Assembly (NCBI RefSeq): GCF_018350175.1
Contig: NC_058368.1
Coordinates: forward strand, 238,020,001 to 238,084,000
Length of the DNA stretch: 64,000 nt
From: Felis catus
Taxonomy: Eukaryota
Direction of reading: 5' to 3'
A model generated the notes under the pieces. That model searched no databases, was not told the origin of the DNA, and saw only the letters and a program-made list of their open reading frames with translations. Below, piece after piece: positions 11,827 through 23,099 of the stretch (within the stretch, counting starts at the first letter, position 1; each line of letters begins with the position of its first letter). The translations under genes and the position numbers were made by a program.

Positions 11827-12029
11827 GGGGCGCCTGGGTGGCTCAGTCAGTTAAGCGTCCGACTTAGCTCAGGTCATGATCTCGCGGTCCGTGAGTTCGA
11901 GCCCTGTGTCGGGCTCTGTGCTGACAGCTCGGAGCCTGGAGCCTGCTTCGGATTCTGTGTCTCCCTCTCTCTCTGCTCCTCCCCCGTTCATGCTCTGTCT
12001 CAAAAATAAATAAACGTTTTAAAAAAAAA
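11827..12029 (+). mobile_element. SINEC_Fc-type Can-SINE (first of a tandem pair)
   Basis: ggggcgcctgggtggctcagtcagttaagcgtccgac head, B-box gagttcgagcc, (CT)n and AATAAA tail. Confidence 0.95.
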
Positions 12030-12057
12030 TTTTTTTTTTTTAAATCAACTCATTTAA

Positions 12058-12267
12058 GGGCACCTGAGTGGCTCAGTCGGTTGGGTGACCGACTTCAGCT
12101 CAGGTCATGATCTCATAGTCCATGAGTCCGTGGGTTCGAGCCCCATGTCGGGCTCTGTGCTGACAGCTCGGAGCCTGGAGCCTGCTTCGGATTCTGTGTC
12201 TCCCTCTCTCTCTGCCCCTCCCCTGCTCTCTCTCTCGCTCTCAGAAATAAATAAACATTTAAAAAAG
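12058..12267 (+). mobile_element. SINEC_Fc-type Can-SINE (second of a tandem pair)
   Basis: Full SINE body; flanking direct repeat tttttaaatcaactcatt at 12037-12054 and 12268-12285. Confidence 0.95.
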
Positions 12268-12289
12268 TTTTTAAATCAACTCATTCATG

Positions 12290-12900
12290 ACCTAAGATGA
12301 ATTAAGAATCATAGCAAGCAATGCTTATCTAAGTCACAAATGTAATTAATGTTTTTCGATAAAAAACACCCTGAAAAAGCCAAAATTATGCCATAGCTGC
12401 AAAGCAAAATATTACAAATGATTCAGAGCAAGATTAACAAAGAAAAACCAATCCGCATTCCGTAAAACTTGCGTTGATCAGGAGCCTGACTTAAATTTGT
12501 GTTGAATTCAATATAAATGCAGTTAGATGAAGCATTTTCATGATTAGCTTTCACTTCGTATTTCTTCTGAGGAAGCAGACTGCTCGCCATTTCACATTCA
12601 ATGTAAGTCCATCGCGGGTGAAAAGATGGCTAAATTGGTCCATCATTTTGTAATAAAGTATCTCACGACTTGTTTATCTGATCAATGAGGAGTGTATTCT
12701 CAAGCTGTTCGGTGTTAATGGGCCGGGCCCTGGAATGGAGAATTATCGACACTCAGACAGGCAGGGGGAGGCTGCAGATTCGGATCGGGTTTCCTGTCGG
12801 CAAGTGACAGGCAGCCGTTACATTGTCGGAGCCGAGAACACACGTCCTTTGTGTCTCATGCTGCTGAGATGCCCAAATCGCAGAAAGATTTCTAACTCAG
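12290..12900. promoter_or_regulatory. Candidate conserved non-coding element
   Basis: Repeat-free AT-rich block with taattaat, gattaac, tgattag, gtaataaa (posterior HOX/CDX-like) and tgacag motifs. Confidence 0.45.
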
Positions 12901-13066
12901 AATTGTTAAATTAGCTTTTTAAAAAACTGTATCTCGACACCAAAGGGATCACTCGGAAACGGCATTATTAACACACGCACAGAAATACGGGGTGGAAACT
13001 TAAAGGCCCAATTTCTGTCCCCTAGGAATTTATTTCGTTTTATCTGCGTTGTTTTGAACGCACACT

Positions 13067-13137
13067 TCCATCCATCCGTCCGTCCGTCCACTGTCCCACC
13101 TGTCCATCCATCCATCCATCCATGCATCCATCCATCC
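13067..13137. repeat. (TCCA)n microsatellite, possibly an expanded L2 tail
   Basis: tcca/tccg units read directly. Confidence 0.85.
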
Positions 13138-13314
13138 TTTCCTGTATCTAATCAGCAAGTTGGAACTGGGTTCTGGGGCACGGCGGCATGAGCGGACCAG
13201 GAGCCTGGCCCGAGCGGGGGTCTCAGGTGCGCGTGTGAACCACACCCTGTCAGGCTCAGCGCCTGGCTTTGGGGTTAGGTGAGGCCAGACGCACACGAGG
13301 CCGCAGCCTCCATC

Positions 13315-13450
13315 TGCCTCGCAGCCTGGGGAGCCGGCTAACTGCTCTAAAACTCAGTTTTCTTATCTACAAAATAGACTTACTCTATCGCTTCCAAGGT
13401 GACAGTGAGGAACAAGTGACATCATCTACGCACAACACTCGGCACGTCCC
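13315..13450 (+). mobile_element. MIR fragment
   Basis: Core-like ctcagttttcttatctacaaaatag. Confidence 0.55.
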
Positions 13451-14421
13451 GGAAAGACAGAAACTCCCCGAAACGTTCACCAGCATTGAATCCGAAAGCC
13501 TCGAGAGCCGTGAGATCGCCGGGCAAGCGGCAAACCAGCACGCGTAATGCTTGGTTTCCCGCCTCCCAGACGGCCTCCTCTGCCGCAGCGATTCACCGTC
13601 CCCCTGGAACTTCGTACACAGGGAAACGCCCGCAACAAGCAGCCTGCTGGGGCTTTTGAGCACGGCCCTGCTGTCCCCGTAAGGACTACAGCCGCTAGAT
13701 CTGGCTGCCGGGACTCAGTGTCACCAGAGGCCGGTTTAGTAAGTGAACAAGGAGCCCTTCTCTGCAAACCACCAGAAATGACTGGGGGCAAAGACAGCTC
13801 CGTCTCCGATAACATGAGGGAAAGGTCCCCCGGCACCCCGACCGACAGGCTTTGAAGGGCCCCAAATCAAGAAACACTGGCCCGGCCTGGCGGACCCGGG
13901 ACCCGCGTCTCCAGAGAGGGAACCCCCAAGGGGCCTCCAGGGGCCACTCTGACAACAGCAAGGTCCTGGGGAGCAGGGGGCAGACGGCAGCTTCCTCCCA
14001 GCGGTGCTCACCTCTGTGGTGACACGGGGCCTCTGTGTGGACTCGGCCAGTTAACAGCCAGCAGCACACAGACGACCTCCTGACGTTTCTTCACCCGCGT
14101 GAGCTCGCCTTCCCTGTCCCTTACTTTTCCTTTGTCACGACCTCTGCTATCACCAGTTCCCAGGGACACAATCGCCCTTCACCAGCGGCCGCTGCCGGTC
14201 CAGACCTACAGAGACGAGGGAGGGCCGCAAACCCAGGCTGTGGGGCCCGGCCGGAGGAGACTGGGACGGGGGGGGGGGGGGGGGCGTGCAGGGCACCCGG
14301 ACAGAGCGACAGCCACCAAGCCCGCCTCTGAATCCTGCCCATAGCGCCACAAAGTGTGGTGCTCTTTGCAGCACTCCATCGGGACGAACCCTCAGGACCT
14401 GCTCTGAGGTCTCTGGTGACA

Positions 14422-14528
14422 CCCTTCCAGACGGGTCCTGAGTCCTTTCTCCCGTGAGGCCCCTCCAGATAGATCCCAGGTCCTTTCTCCCGCAACGCCC
14501 TTCCAGACAGATCCGAGGTCCTTTCCCA
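14422..14528. repeat. Three-copy ~38-bp tandem repeat (cccttccagacagatccgaggtcctttctcccg...)
   Basis: Three imperfect copies read directly. Confidence 0.8.
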
Positions 14529-14569
14529 AAAGCAGGGCTACTCACGGCGTTCGTGGAACCTGGGCCCAG

Positions 14570-14750
14570 ACCCTGGCAAGTTCTTTCAGTGTTTTGAGCC
14601 TCGGTTTCCCCATCTGTAAAATGGAAACATAAATACTATCCTCTGCCTCTCAGACCGATTGTAAGGCTTAGGACCTAAATTTTTGTCACTCAGCGTGCCA
14701 TTTCATGAGTACGTCAGACCCCAGCAGCACCCAATAATGATAGCTCAGTA
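14570..14750 (+). mobile_element. MIR fragment
   Basis: Core gagcctcggtttccccatctgtaaaatgg. Confidence 0.8.
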
Positions 14751-15394
14751 ATGGTCTGTATTCTACCCAAGATACACATTTCCTTTTCCAAAACATTTCC
14801 AAGTAATTTAGCGGTGCCCCTCGCTCCTGCTGGGATGGAGGTGGTTGAGGCCGCCCCTCCGTGGCCATGTGCCCTTTCTTTAGAAGGCCACCCCTTCCAT
14901 CCCTAGGAGTTAGCCTCCCGCGTGAACCCTGGGTTGCCAGTGTCCCATGGCCATGCGGTGGGTGGAGGCTAGTGTGACAGGGGCCCGGCAACGCCTGGTC
15001 TCCCCTCTTGGAAGTCCCCTCCCCCCACCAGCAGAGAAACCCACGGCCACAGCAGAAGCTACCACCTGCTCCCTCCTCTCGGATTTGCCCCCGAAGCAGC
15101 CTGAGGGACACAGTCCTGGGGGAGCCACTCCCAGGGCTGTCCCACAGCACGTGAACAGTCACAGCACCAGGCAGGACCACAGTGGGCACTGTGGGGGCCG
15201 CCGATACCCCCCTCACCCTGGGCCCCAAACCCCCCCCAAATGGAGGTCCGCCCCTGAGACCCACCTTTCCTGAATCACAGCCTGGCCCCGGTGACCTGGG
15301 GACTCCGGGTCATAACGGCTGAGCTCCCTGGCCCCAGTGTGGGCACGTGACCACCCCACTGGGTCCACACAGCAGCCCCGCGAGGAAGGCGTCA

Positions 15395-15490
15395 CTTTTC
15401 ATCCCTGGTCCTCAGATGAGGAAACCCAGGCAGGTGAGACGGCCTGATGTCACAGAGCGCTGGCTGGTGGACGGGGTCCTGAACCTGTCG
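15395..15490 (-). mobile_element. MIR fragment
   Basis: Antisense core cagatgaggaaacccaggc...gtcacagag. Confidence 0.6.
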
Positions 15491-15599
15491 TCAGTCCATC
15501 CGTAACTGACGAGCCAAGTAATCCAGACTAATCCCCGACTGTGGGGTTGGGATGTGAGCTCAGAGCACATGCACTTCCTAGAGGCACTCGCGTTTATGT

Positions 15600-16200
15600 G
15601 ATAAACCCTATGTAACAGCAGTTACCATGTTAACCATTTTCTCCTGGGCGATTTGGTGGCCCTGAATCCATGGTGATGTTGCGTCACTGTCACCACCGCC
15701 TGAGGTCCACGCCTGCAGTCCACGCCTGCGGTCCACGCCTGCAGTCCACGCCTGCGCCCCACGCCTGCCTTCCGCCCCAACATGCAGCCTCACCTCTGCC
15801 CTGCAGCCAGGTGATGCTCTCCCGTCCCCACCTCTGCTACCTGCCGGTTCCAAGCATCTTGTGCAGGTGGATCCGTGCAGGACCCGTCCTGTGTCCAGCA
15901 CATCCCACTTAGCGTGTTTTCAAGGTACATCCGTGGCGTGGAAAATTTCCTTCCCGTCTGTCGGTAACATCCTCATTGTGTAGATGGCACGTCGCTGTCC
16001 GTCGGTGGCCGGTGGCCCAGGGGATGGTTTCTCGGCGGCTGTGGGTCCTGTAGGCTGTGCGTCTGGCACCCGGTGCCCGGCGGCTGCTTGAGCCCCTGAA
16101 TTGACTTCTTGCGGGGGGACGTGCCCGGAGCGGCAGACGTGGGTCGTCCAGAAGTTCTAGCTTTGACTCTTTGAAAAAGCGCTGTTTTTCACAGAGGCTG
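15600..16200 (-). mobile_element. Old L1M (L1MB-like) 3' region, strongly GC-shifted
   Basis: cacttagcgtgttttcaaggtacatccgtgg and ctttgactctttgaaaaagcgctgtttttcacag follow the order of the antisense L1 3' consensus. Confidence 0.65.
15705..15769. repeat. 13-bp tandem repeat gtccacgcctgc(a/g), 5 copies
   Basis: Units start at 15705, 15718, 15731, 15744 and 15757. Confidence 0.9.
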
Positions 16201-17102
16201 CTCAATATTCACTTTTACTGGAATTTATAATTTGTTCGGGCGACTCTGGGCCCTTATCCCACCACCGGCTAAAGTAGGGTTACTGAGAAACGTATTCAAG
16301 GTCTAGGGAAAGGTACCCAAGAACTTAGGACCATGGTACAATGAGATAAATAAGATTTTAAGAAATCACAAATGCTCTGGCCAACCATCCATGTACAGGA
16401 AATGGATGATTTTAGAATATTGCACGTGGACCCATTAGTTACCCTGATTTCTTTGGCCTCCATCTTAGGGGTAAAGGGGTGAAAAGTAAAACAAATCACA
16501 CACCTCGCAGCTCCCTTGGGTGCTGCTCTCCACAGAGGGAGAGTCCACGCGAGGCCACTCTCCACCCCAGCTGTTGGGTCCCAGAAAGGCGCCCACAAGC
16601 TCAGCCCCAGGGGAGTTTGTAATCTGGGGAGCGCCCGTCTTGTTCTTCATGTGCTAGAGAACCTAGCGGAAGACCTTCTCCCCCGATTCGGGGATTTGTC
16701 CTGGGGGCGTGTGTGAACCACACCTTATCGAGGGATGCGAATCGGAGGCAAAGCTTGGGAGGCGACCCGACACTGCCTTTCTGTCTCGGGTCTTGGTCTC
16801 ATTTCCGGGGTAACAGGAGTGTGGCGTTAGGCTCCTCGGCAGTCTTCCAGCATGTTCTCCTGTCGCCGGATGAGGCCCCGGGCTCCCAGAGGGCAGGACG
16901 GGAGGTCCCTGCACAAAGAGGGATTAGAGCGCACCCTGGACGTGGGGGGCAGGAGAAGGGAGTCCCACAGGGCCCCAGAGACCTCATCTATACTGCCATC
17001 AGAACAGGACCGTCTGTTGCCACTTGAGGAGGAGGACTCTCCACTGAGGGGCTTACTTGGGACGAGGATCTTGTAAGGGAAACAGCACATGCCGCCCGCC
17101 CG

Positions 17103-17262
17103 TCCACACCGGGGGCCGTCCACGCTGGGCCCCTTCCACGCTGAGGCCCTTCCACGCTGGGGACCGTCCACGCTGGGGCCCGTCCACGCTGGGGACCGTC
17201 CATGCTGGGGCCCATCCACGCTGGGGCCCTTCCACGCTGGGGCCCGTCCACGCTGGGGCCAC
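17103..17262. repeat. 16-bp minisatellite tccacgctggggcccg, 10 copies
   Basis: Ten consecutive 16-nt units parsed by hand. Confidence 0.95.
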
Positions 17263-17984
17263 CCACTGCGGATTTGGAGCAAAAGCGGAAGAATCTTCAG
17301 GCATGAGACGCAACCACAATAATTTGAGATGCAAAGAGACACCTGAAGGTGAATTTAGAACACGCTTAACACGTTATGCACTTAACGCAAGGAAGACGGC
17401 CTGGGGGCGGGCCCTGGGCACAGAGGCCCCTTCGCCAGGGCGTCTCGGGAGGGTCAGCGCGGCTGGAGCCCGTGCAGGGAGCACGGCTGCAAACGCGGAC
17501 ACCTCTTTCTTGTTCTTTTTCTTTTTTGTTGGGCTTTTTTTTTTTTTTTTTTTTGAGTGAATGAATAGCCATGAGGTTAATCTTGAGGATTCTGTTTACA
17601 GCAAAGGAAAGCTTTTGTGAAAATTGCAGGAAAAGGCACCGGCTTGTGAGAATGTCTTCAGAAAGGCCGTGGAGGGCGGGTGCACATCGTTCCCCAGCCC
17701 GTGGAGGGCAGGCTGAGGTCACTGAGAGCCCAAGGGACAGCTTGTCTCTCAACTGTCACCAGAGCTGATGCGTTACCACAAAGAACTGTTTCTTGCGTGA
17801 AGATTGTCAGATTTTAACCACACTTATTATATGTATAATTTCTACTAAGCACCCTAAATTTCTCTGTAACCATTTGCAAATAGAAAGTATTTTTATAATA
17901 AATACCCCATAAATTTCAGCATTTGGTCAGTGGTTGAATCTCAAGTGAAGACAAGTTTATAATGAGAGAAGCAGAAAGTGCGCA

Positions 17985-18398
17985 AGAGAGCAAGAGTGAG
18001 CGAGAGGGAGGGAGAGGGAGGGAGGGAGGGGCGGAAGGAAGGGAGAGAAGGAGAGAGGGAAGGAGGGGAGGGAGAGAGGGGGGAGGGAACGAAGCAGGGG
18101 AGAGAGAGAGGGGCAGAGGGAAGGACAGAGGGAGGGAACGAGAGAAACAGAGGGAGACAGGGAGGGCAGGAAGGAGGGGAGGGAGAGAGAGGGTGGGAGG
18201 AGAGGAAGGGAGGGGGAGGGAGGGAGAGAGGGGGAGGGACAGGGACAGAGGGAAGGAGGGAGAGAGGGAGGGAGAGAGAGAAACAGGGAGAGAGGGAGAG
18301 AGAGAGGGGGAGAGGGAAGGAGAGGGAGACAGAGGGAGGGAGGGAGGGAGGGAAAGAGATAGAGAGGGAGGGAGAGAGGGAGGGAGAGAGGGGGAGAG
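17985..18398. repeat. Polypurine (GA-rich) low-complexity tract
   Basis: ~410 nt of almost exclusively G/A on the + strand (ggga/gaga units). Confidence 0.95.
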
Positions 18399-19970
18399 CC
18401 ACAACCAGTGGCTGTGTTTCCACATGACCCTCCAGGCCGCTGAGGCCTGGACATAGGAGCCTGGCTGCAGGGCAGATGCCTCATTCAGCCAGGCCACCCG
18501 CCCCCAGGAGCTGCTGAAAATCCGTCCCCGCCCCAGAGGGCTGGGGCCCTCACAAGCTACCCAGGGCAGGAAAACCCTGGGGGTTTCTACCTAATGTGAT
18601 CTTCTTGCCAGAGAAGCAGGTTCCTTTGGTGACGGATTCCTGCAGCCTCCCTGCTGCCCAGCACCGCCCCCCCCGCCCCCGACGCCGGCCCAGGAGACGC
18701 TCATATAATAGAGGTGCGTCTTCTGGAACACGGGTAATGGAACAGTGCCCGGGGTGGCCTTCGGCGGAAGAGCGGAGCCACAGATGCTGCCTCTTCGGCA
18801 ACACGCCTCATAAATTGGCGCGAGACCCTGGGTGACACGGGCGAGGCCGGCGCTCAGTCACCAGGGACCCCGTCGCCAGGGGATGAGGTCGCGGAAGCTC
18901 ATCTGTTTCATCCCACTGGAGACGTTACCGGACGCTCGGCCCTAGGGCAAGAGAAGGAAACGGCGGAGACGGGGACGGGCCTGGGAAGGGCTGACACGAC
19001 CCGTCAGCTCACCTGTGGAGAAAGTGCCGGGGAGAAGCGGTATCGATTTTTCTCACAAGCCAGTGTGCAGATTTGTCAGACAAAAGAATAGAGATGTCAA
19101 CCCCGGATCCTCGGTCGCCGGCGATCGCAAAGCCGAGGCCGGAATGCCTGCCGAGCGCAGCCAGGGGCGGAGGCGGCCTTCGGGCACATTCTCCGCACAG
19201 GGCCAGCTCCCTTGAAGAAGGAGATGAGATCAAGGCCCGAGCGGGCGCAGCCGGGAAGCAAAGCGGGGCATGGGGTAGGAGAGGCGCTGAGACGCCCCCA
19301 GCCGGGGGAGGGACTGCGCGGTCCCAGCCGCCATCACCTGTCACCTCGGAAGCCGCAGGAGACGTTTCTGCTGCTGGGGTCGCGGGAAGGTCGCAGATAT
19401 TGACTCAAACGCTTTGCTCAGTTGGAAGGACCACAAAACTAATGGACAATTTAGATTCCAGAGAGAATCCGCTGGAACGTATTTTCATCTCTCATCCACA
19501 CAGAAGGGAGTGTGAACCACTTACTAAGGTTTACGTTTTGTCCGATGGTGGGAGTCGCTCCGGCACGCCAGGCCTCAAGTGCCGAATGTCTAACTGACGG
19601 ATGCATCCCCTTAACGCACCTGCCAAGGAAGCATCTGAACACGGAGAGAGAGCCTGGGTCTGGCGGGGAAGGGGCAAATCTTCTGCTCTATTTTCGGACA
19701 GCTAACCAGGCGTAGCGCTCCCTTCAGGCTCCACCTGCCTTCGTCCCACATAAATCCGTCTGTCACCCTGGCAGAGCCCGCTCAGCCCGCCTCGCTCACT
19801 CGGCGAGGTCTGGGAATCACGGGGCGTCGGACAGGGGCCCACGTTCAGAACAAGAGAGGCATCGTCGTGGCAGCCCCAGGGACGGCTTGGAAGGATGCTA
19901 CGGAGACCCGGGGGAGAGTCTCCTTGTGTCTTGTGTTTCCTGTTTGGCTCCTTTAAAAGTTGAGTCACAT

Positions 19971-20225
19971 GGGGCGCCCGAGTGGCTCAGTCGGTTGAGC
20001 CTCCGACTGCGGCTCAGGTCGTGATCTCACGGTCTGTGAGTTCGAGCCCCGCGTCGGGCTCTGGGCTGACAGCTCGGAGCCTGGGGTCTGCTTCCGATTC
20101 TGTGTCCCCCGCTCTCTCTACCCCTTCCATGCTCGTGCTCTGTCTCTCTCTTGTCTCTCAATAATAAACAAACATTAAAAATAAATAGATAGATAGATAG
20201 ATGATAGATAGATAGATAGATAGAT
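19971..20225 (+). mobile_element. SINEC_Fc-type Can-SINE with a (GATA)n microsatellite in its tail
   Basis: Full body; TSD aaaagttgag(g)tcaca at 19955-19969 and 20226-20241. Confidence 0.95.
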
Positions 20226-20454
20226 AAAAGTTGAGGTCACAGAACTCGACTTTCCCGTTGGTTTCCAGTCAGGAAAGAGTTACAAATGGGGGGTGGTGGT
20301 TGGGTACCACGAAACATGAGTGGTCAGTGCTTCGATTCCCAAAATAAAAGTTCCTGAACATCTGAGGGTTGCAGGGGCTTTCTCTGACCACGGCTAGATG
20401 GTCACACTTGCCATGTGCCCCAGGTGGGTCTCTCATGTCCACGTCTGAAACACT

Positions 20455-20758
20455 CATGAGCGCACTGAGTGCGACTCCCCAAATCCGTATGCTGGAATCC
20501 TGAGCCCACTGTGGTGGTGTTGGGGCACGGTGAGCTCGTGAGACGGACCCCCTGCTTCTGCCCTCCACTCTCTCCGACACACGGGGACTCAAAGAGACGT
20601 CGGTCTGCAACCTGGAAGCGGGTCCGCGCCCCAGACGCCCAATCTGCCCGCCCCACGACCCTGGACTTCCCAGCCTCCGGGCCGTGAGGCACAAATCTCC
20701 ATCACTTAAGCCAGCAAGACTGTGGTATTTTGTTACGGAAGCATGAACTGAGCCAATC
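20455..20758 (+). mobile_element. MaLR solo LTR (MLT1A-like)
   Basis: ccccaaatccgtatgctggaatcctga near the 5' end; cctggacttcccagcctcc...ttaagcca...tgtggtattttgttacggaagc at the 3' end. Confidence 0.8.
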
Positions 20759-21856
20759 CGTGCACTTACAACCATGGCTTCCTTCGGAGAAAGTGCTCTC
20801 CTCAGGCGCAATATCCCGCAGAACGCGGGATTGCCTGAAGTTGACGGACGGTGACCCTCGGACCCCGCAGGCTGCCCTGCCCCGAGCGGCGGCCTGCTGG
20901 AAAACTGAATCCCAGCTGGCGGGCAGGCGGGAGCTGCGGGCCAAGCCGGGGCTCTGGGAGGGATGTCCCTCCTCCCCGCGGGCCCCGTCCCCACCGCTGG
21001 CGACTGGGCCACGGTGCGCTCTCAAACTCCTATAGTCCACTCCCCACACCTGTGCTCTGGAAAGCATACCGAGGCCGGTGTTTATAGCACGTAGAGCGTC
21101 TGTGTGGCCCCAAGCAAAGCCGTCCCCCTCCCCACCGATGGCCTCCTCCTTGGGGCCCTTCTGGGTTCTGTCGGCAGTGGGGGCTCCTTACGACAGCGGA
21201 AAACGTTTGGGGCTGACAGTGGAAACAAGTACAATTTTATCGCACAGAAACGGGCTCACACCCAAGTTTGCAGTGAGGAATAAGCTAAAGTCAAACCACG
21301 CGCTGAATATGTCAAGGAAGGGCTATTGACTGTTGAGGGGACCGGGCGCCACGAGACACACACGCACAACAGTGACCCGGAGACAGACCCGCACAGACGT
21401 GTGTCACCACGGGGCCACAGGGCGCAGCCACAGCTCTGCCCCGGCCACGTCCGCACGCAAGGCACGTCCGCACACAGGCCTCTCCTCCTAGACCGGGCCT
21501 CCCCTTGCGGCTCTTCACCCTCTGTCCCTGCGGGGGCCTCCCCCCGCTCGCAGAGGCCTGGTGGAGGCCGCACAGCGTCACCGTGCCCCCGGCACCCGCC
21601 ACCCCAGGCGCCTGCCTCACAGGAGCGCTAGGGGGCGCCTCGGTCCGCCAGGCTGCAGGAGGCCTCGAGCTCATCCCCATCGAGGCACCGTTGAAGCTTC
21701 CGTTTCCTTGGAAGTTTACTAAAGCCCGGCCCACGTGTGTCCAGAGATCACACTCGCGTCAGCTTTGGGACTGGCACAGGAGTCAGACTCGCTCGTTTGA
21801 AAAATGGATCCTCTCAAGTTTACAGTCTACCTCCTTCCCTTAAAACCAGCTGATCA

Positions 21857-22074
21857 GGGGCGCCTGGGTGGCGCAGTCGGTTAAGCGTCCGACTTCAGCC
21901 AGGTCACGATCTCGCGGTCCGAGAGTTCGAGCCCCGCGTCAGGCTCTGGGCCGATGGCTCGGAGCCTGGAGCCTGTTTCCGGTTCTGTGTCTCCCTCTCT
22001 CTCTGCCCCTCCCCCGTTCATGCTCTGTCTCTCTCTGTCCCAAAAATAAAAACAAAAAAAGTTGGAAAAAAAAA
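21857..22074 (+). mobile_element. Young SINEC_Fc Can-SINE
   Basis: Head ggggcgcctgggtggcgcagtcggttaagcgtccgacttcagccaggtcacgatctcgcgg with CpGs retained; imperfect TSD aaaaccagctgatc / aaaaccccagcagatc. Confidence 0.95.
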
Positions 22075-22303
22075 CCCCAGCAGATCTGTCACACTAACCC
22101 CCCTGAGCATGTCCTCGAAGGTTCCAGTTTCCCTGTTGAATCCCACCCTCCTGCTCCTGCCCCCCCCCCCCACCCTCAGACAGCCACCAATCTGCTCTCT
22201 GTCCCTACTGACACTCTTGCATTTTCTATAGTTCTCTCAGTGGTTGCATAGTTTACATATTCGGTGTATATATATATATATGCTGGGTATATAAACTGTT
22301 CTT

Positions 22304-22521
22304 AAATTTTTTTTCTTAAAGTTTACTTTTGAGACACAGAGAGACAGAGCATGAGTGGGGGGAGGGTGACAGAGAGAGGGGGACACAGAATCCAAAGCAG
22401 GCTCCAGGCTCCCAGCTGTCAGCCCAGAGACCGACGGACGCGGGACTCAAACCCACGGAACGTGAGATCATGACCCGAGCCGAAGTCGGATGCTTCATCG
22501 ACTGAGCCACCCAAGCGCCCC
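22304..22521 (-). mobile_element. SINEC_Fc-type Can-SINE
   Basis: Reverse-strand body; TSD tataaactgttctt at 22290-22303 and 22522-22535. Confidence 0.95.
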
Positions 22522-22641
22522 TATAAACTGTTCTTTAAGTAGAACAGTACAGGACGTAGGAATCTTTGTCTGGCTTCTCCCACGGGCATTAGAGTGTTGG
22601 GATTCATCCGTATTTCTGGGCATCTCAATAGTTATTTGTTC

Positions 22642-22770
22642 TTTTTTTTTAAGTTTTTATTTAAATTCTAGTATAGTTAACATACAGTGTAATGTTAGTT
22701 GCAGGCGTACAATTTAGTGATTCCACATTTCCGTACAACACCTGGTGCTGGTCACAAGTGAGCTCCTTAA
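22642..22770 (-). mobile_element. 5'-truncated carnivore L1 (L1_Carn-type) 3' end
   Basis: ttttaagtttttatttaaattctagtatagttaacatacagtgtaatgttag...acaagtgagctccttaat; aatagtt is repeated on both flanks. Confidence 0.85.
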
Positions 22771-22994
22771 TAGTTGGGTTTTTGTTAAAAAGACATCCCA
22801 AAGTGTATCCATCCACACGTTGATGGCAGTTGGGATCCGGTCTCATGATTAGCTGTAACAAACAAATTGCCATGACGTGTCCACACCTTTGTGATCACAT
22901 ACCTTGTCTTTTCTCCAGGGTGGGTCCATAGGCACGGACCGGCTGAATCAGAGAGTGGGCGCGTGTAACTTCTCGAAAAAACGATCGGCACAGT

Positions 22995-23099
22995 AACGTG
23001 AACGCATTTAACACTAGTGAACTGCACAGTTTGAAACGGTTAAGACGGTAAATTTTATGTTATGTGTCCTTTTGCACAATTAGAGAAACAAAAAATAAA
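22995..23099 (+). mobile_element. L1M (L1MB/MC-like) extreme 3' end, sense orientation
   Basis: gaactgcacagtttgaaacggttaagacggtaaattttatgttatgtg followed by an A-rich tail. Confidence 0.75.

Larger units (their letters stand above)
22090..22990 (-). mobile_element. Old L1M 3' region, interrupted by a SINE and a carnivore L1 stub
   Basis: cagccaccaatctgctctctgtccct, tctttgtctggcttctc and ttgggattcatcc antisense L1 3' motifs. Confidence 0.65.

Noticed and set aside
11827..11910. tRNA-like A/B boxes here and in the other SINE heads
   Set aside because: They are tRNA-derived Can-SINE heads followed by (CT)n and A tails, not tRNA genes.
17103..17262. Regular repeat array resembling CRISPR
   Set aside because: Contiguous tandem units with no unique spacers, no cas genes, and a mammalian context.
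17916..18497. Five overlapping 149-193 aa ORFs (G/E/R- or P/S/L-rich)
   Set aside because: Translations of the polypurine tract, which cannot contain stops in most frames.
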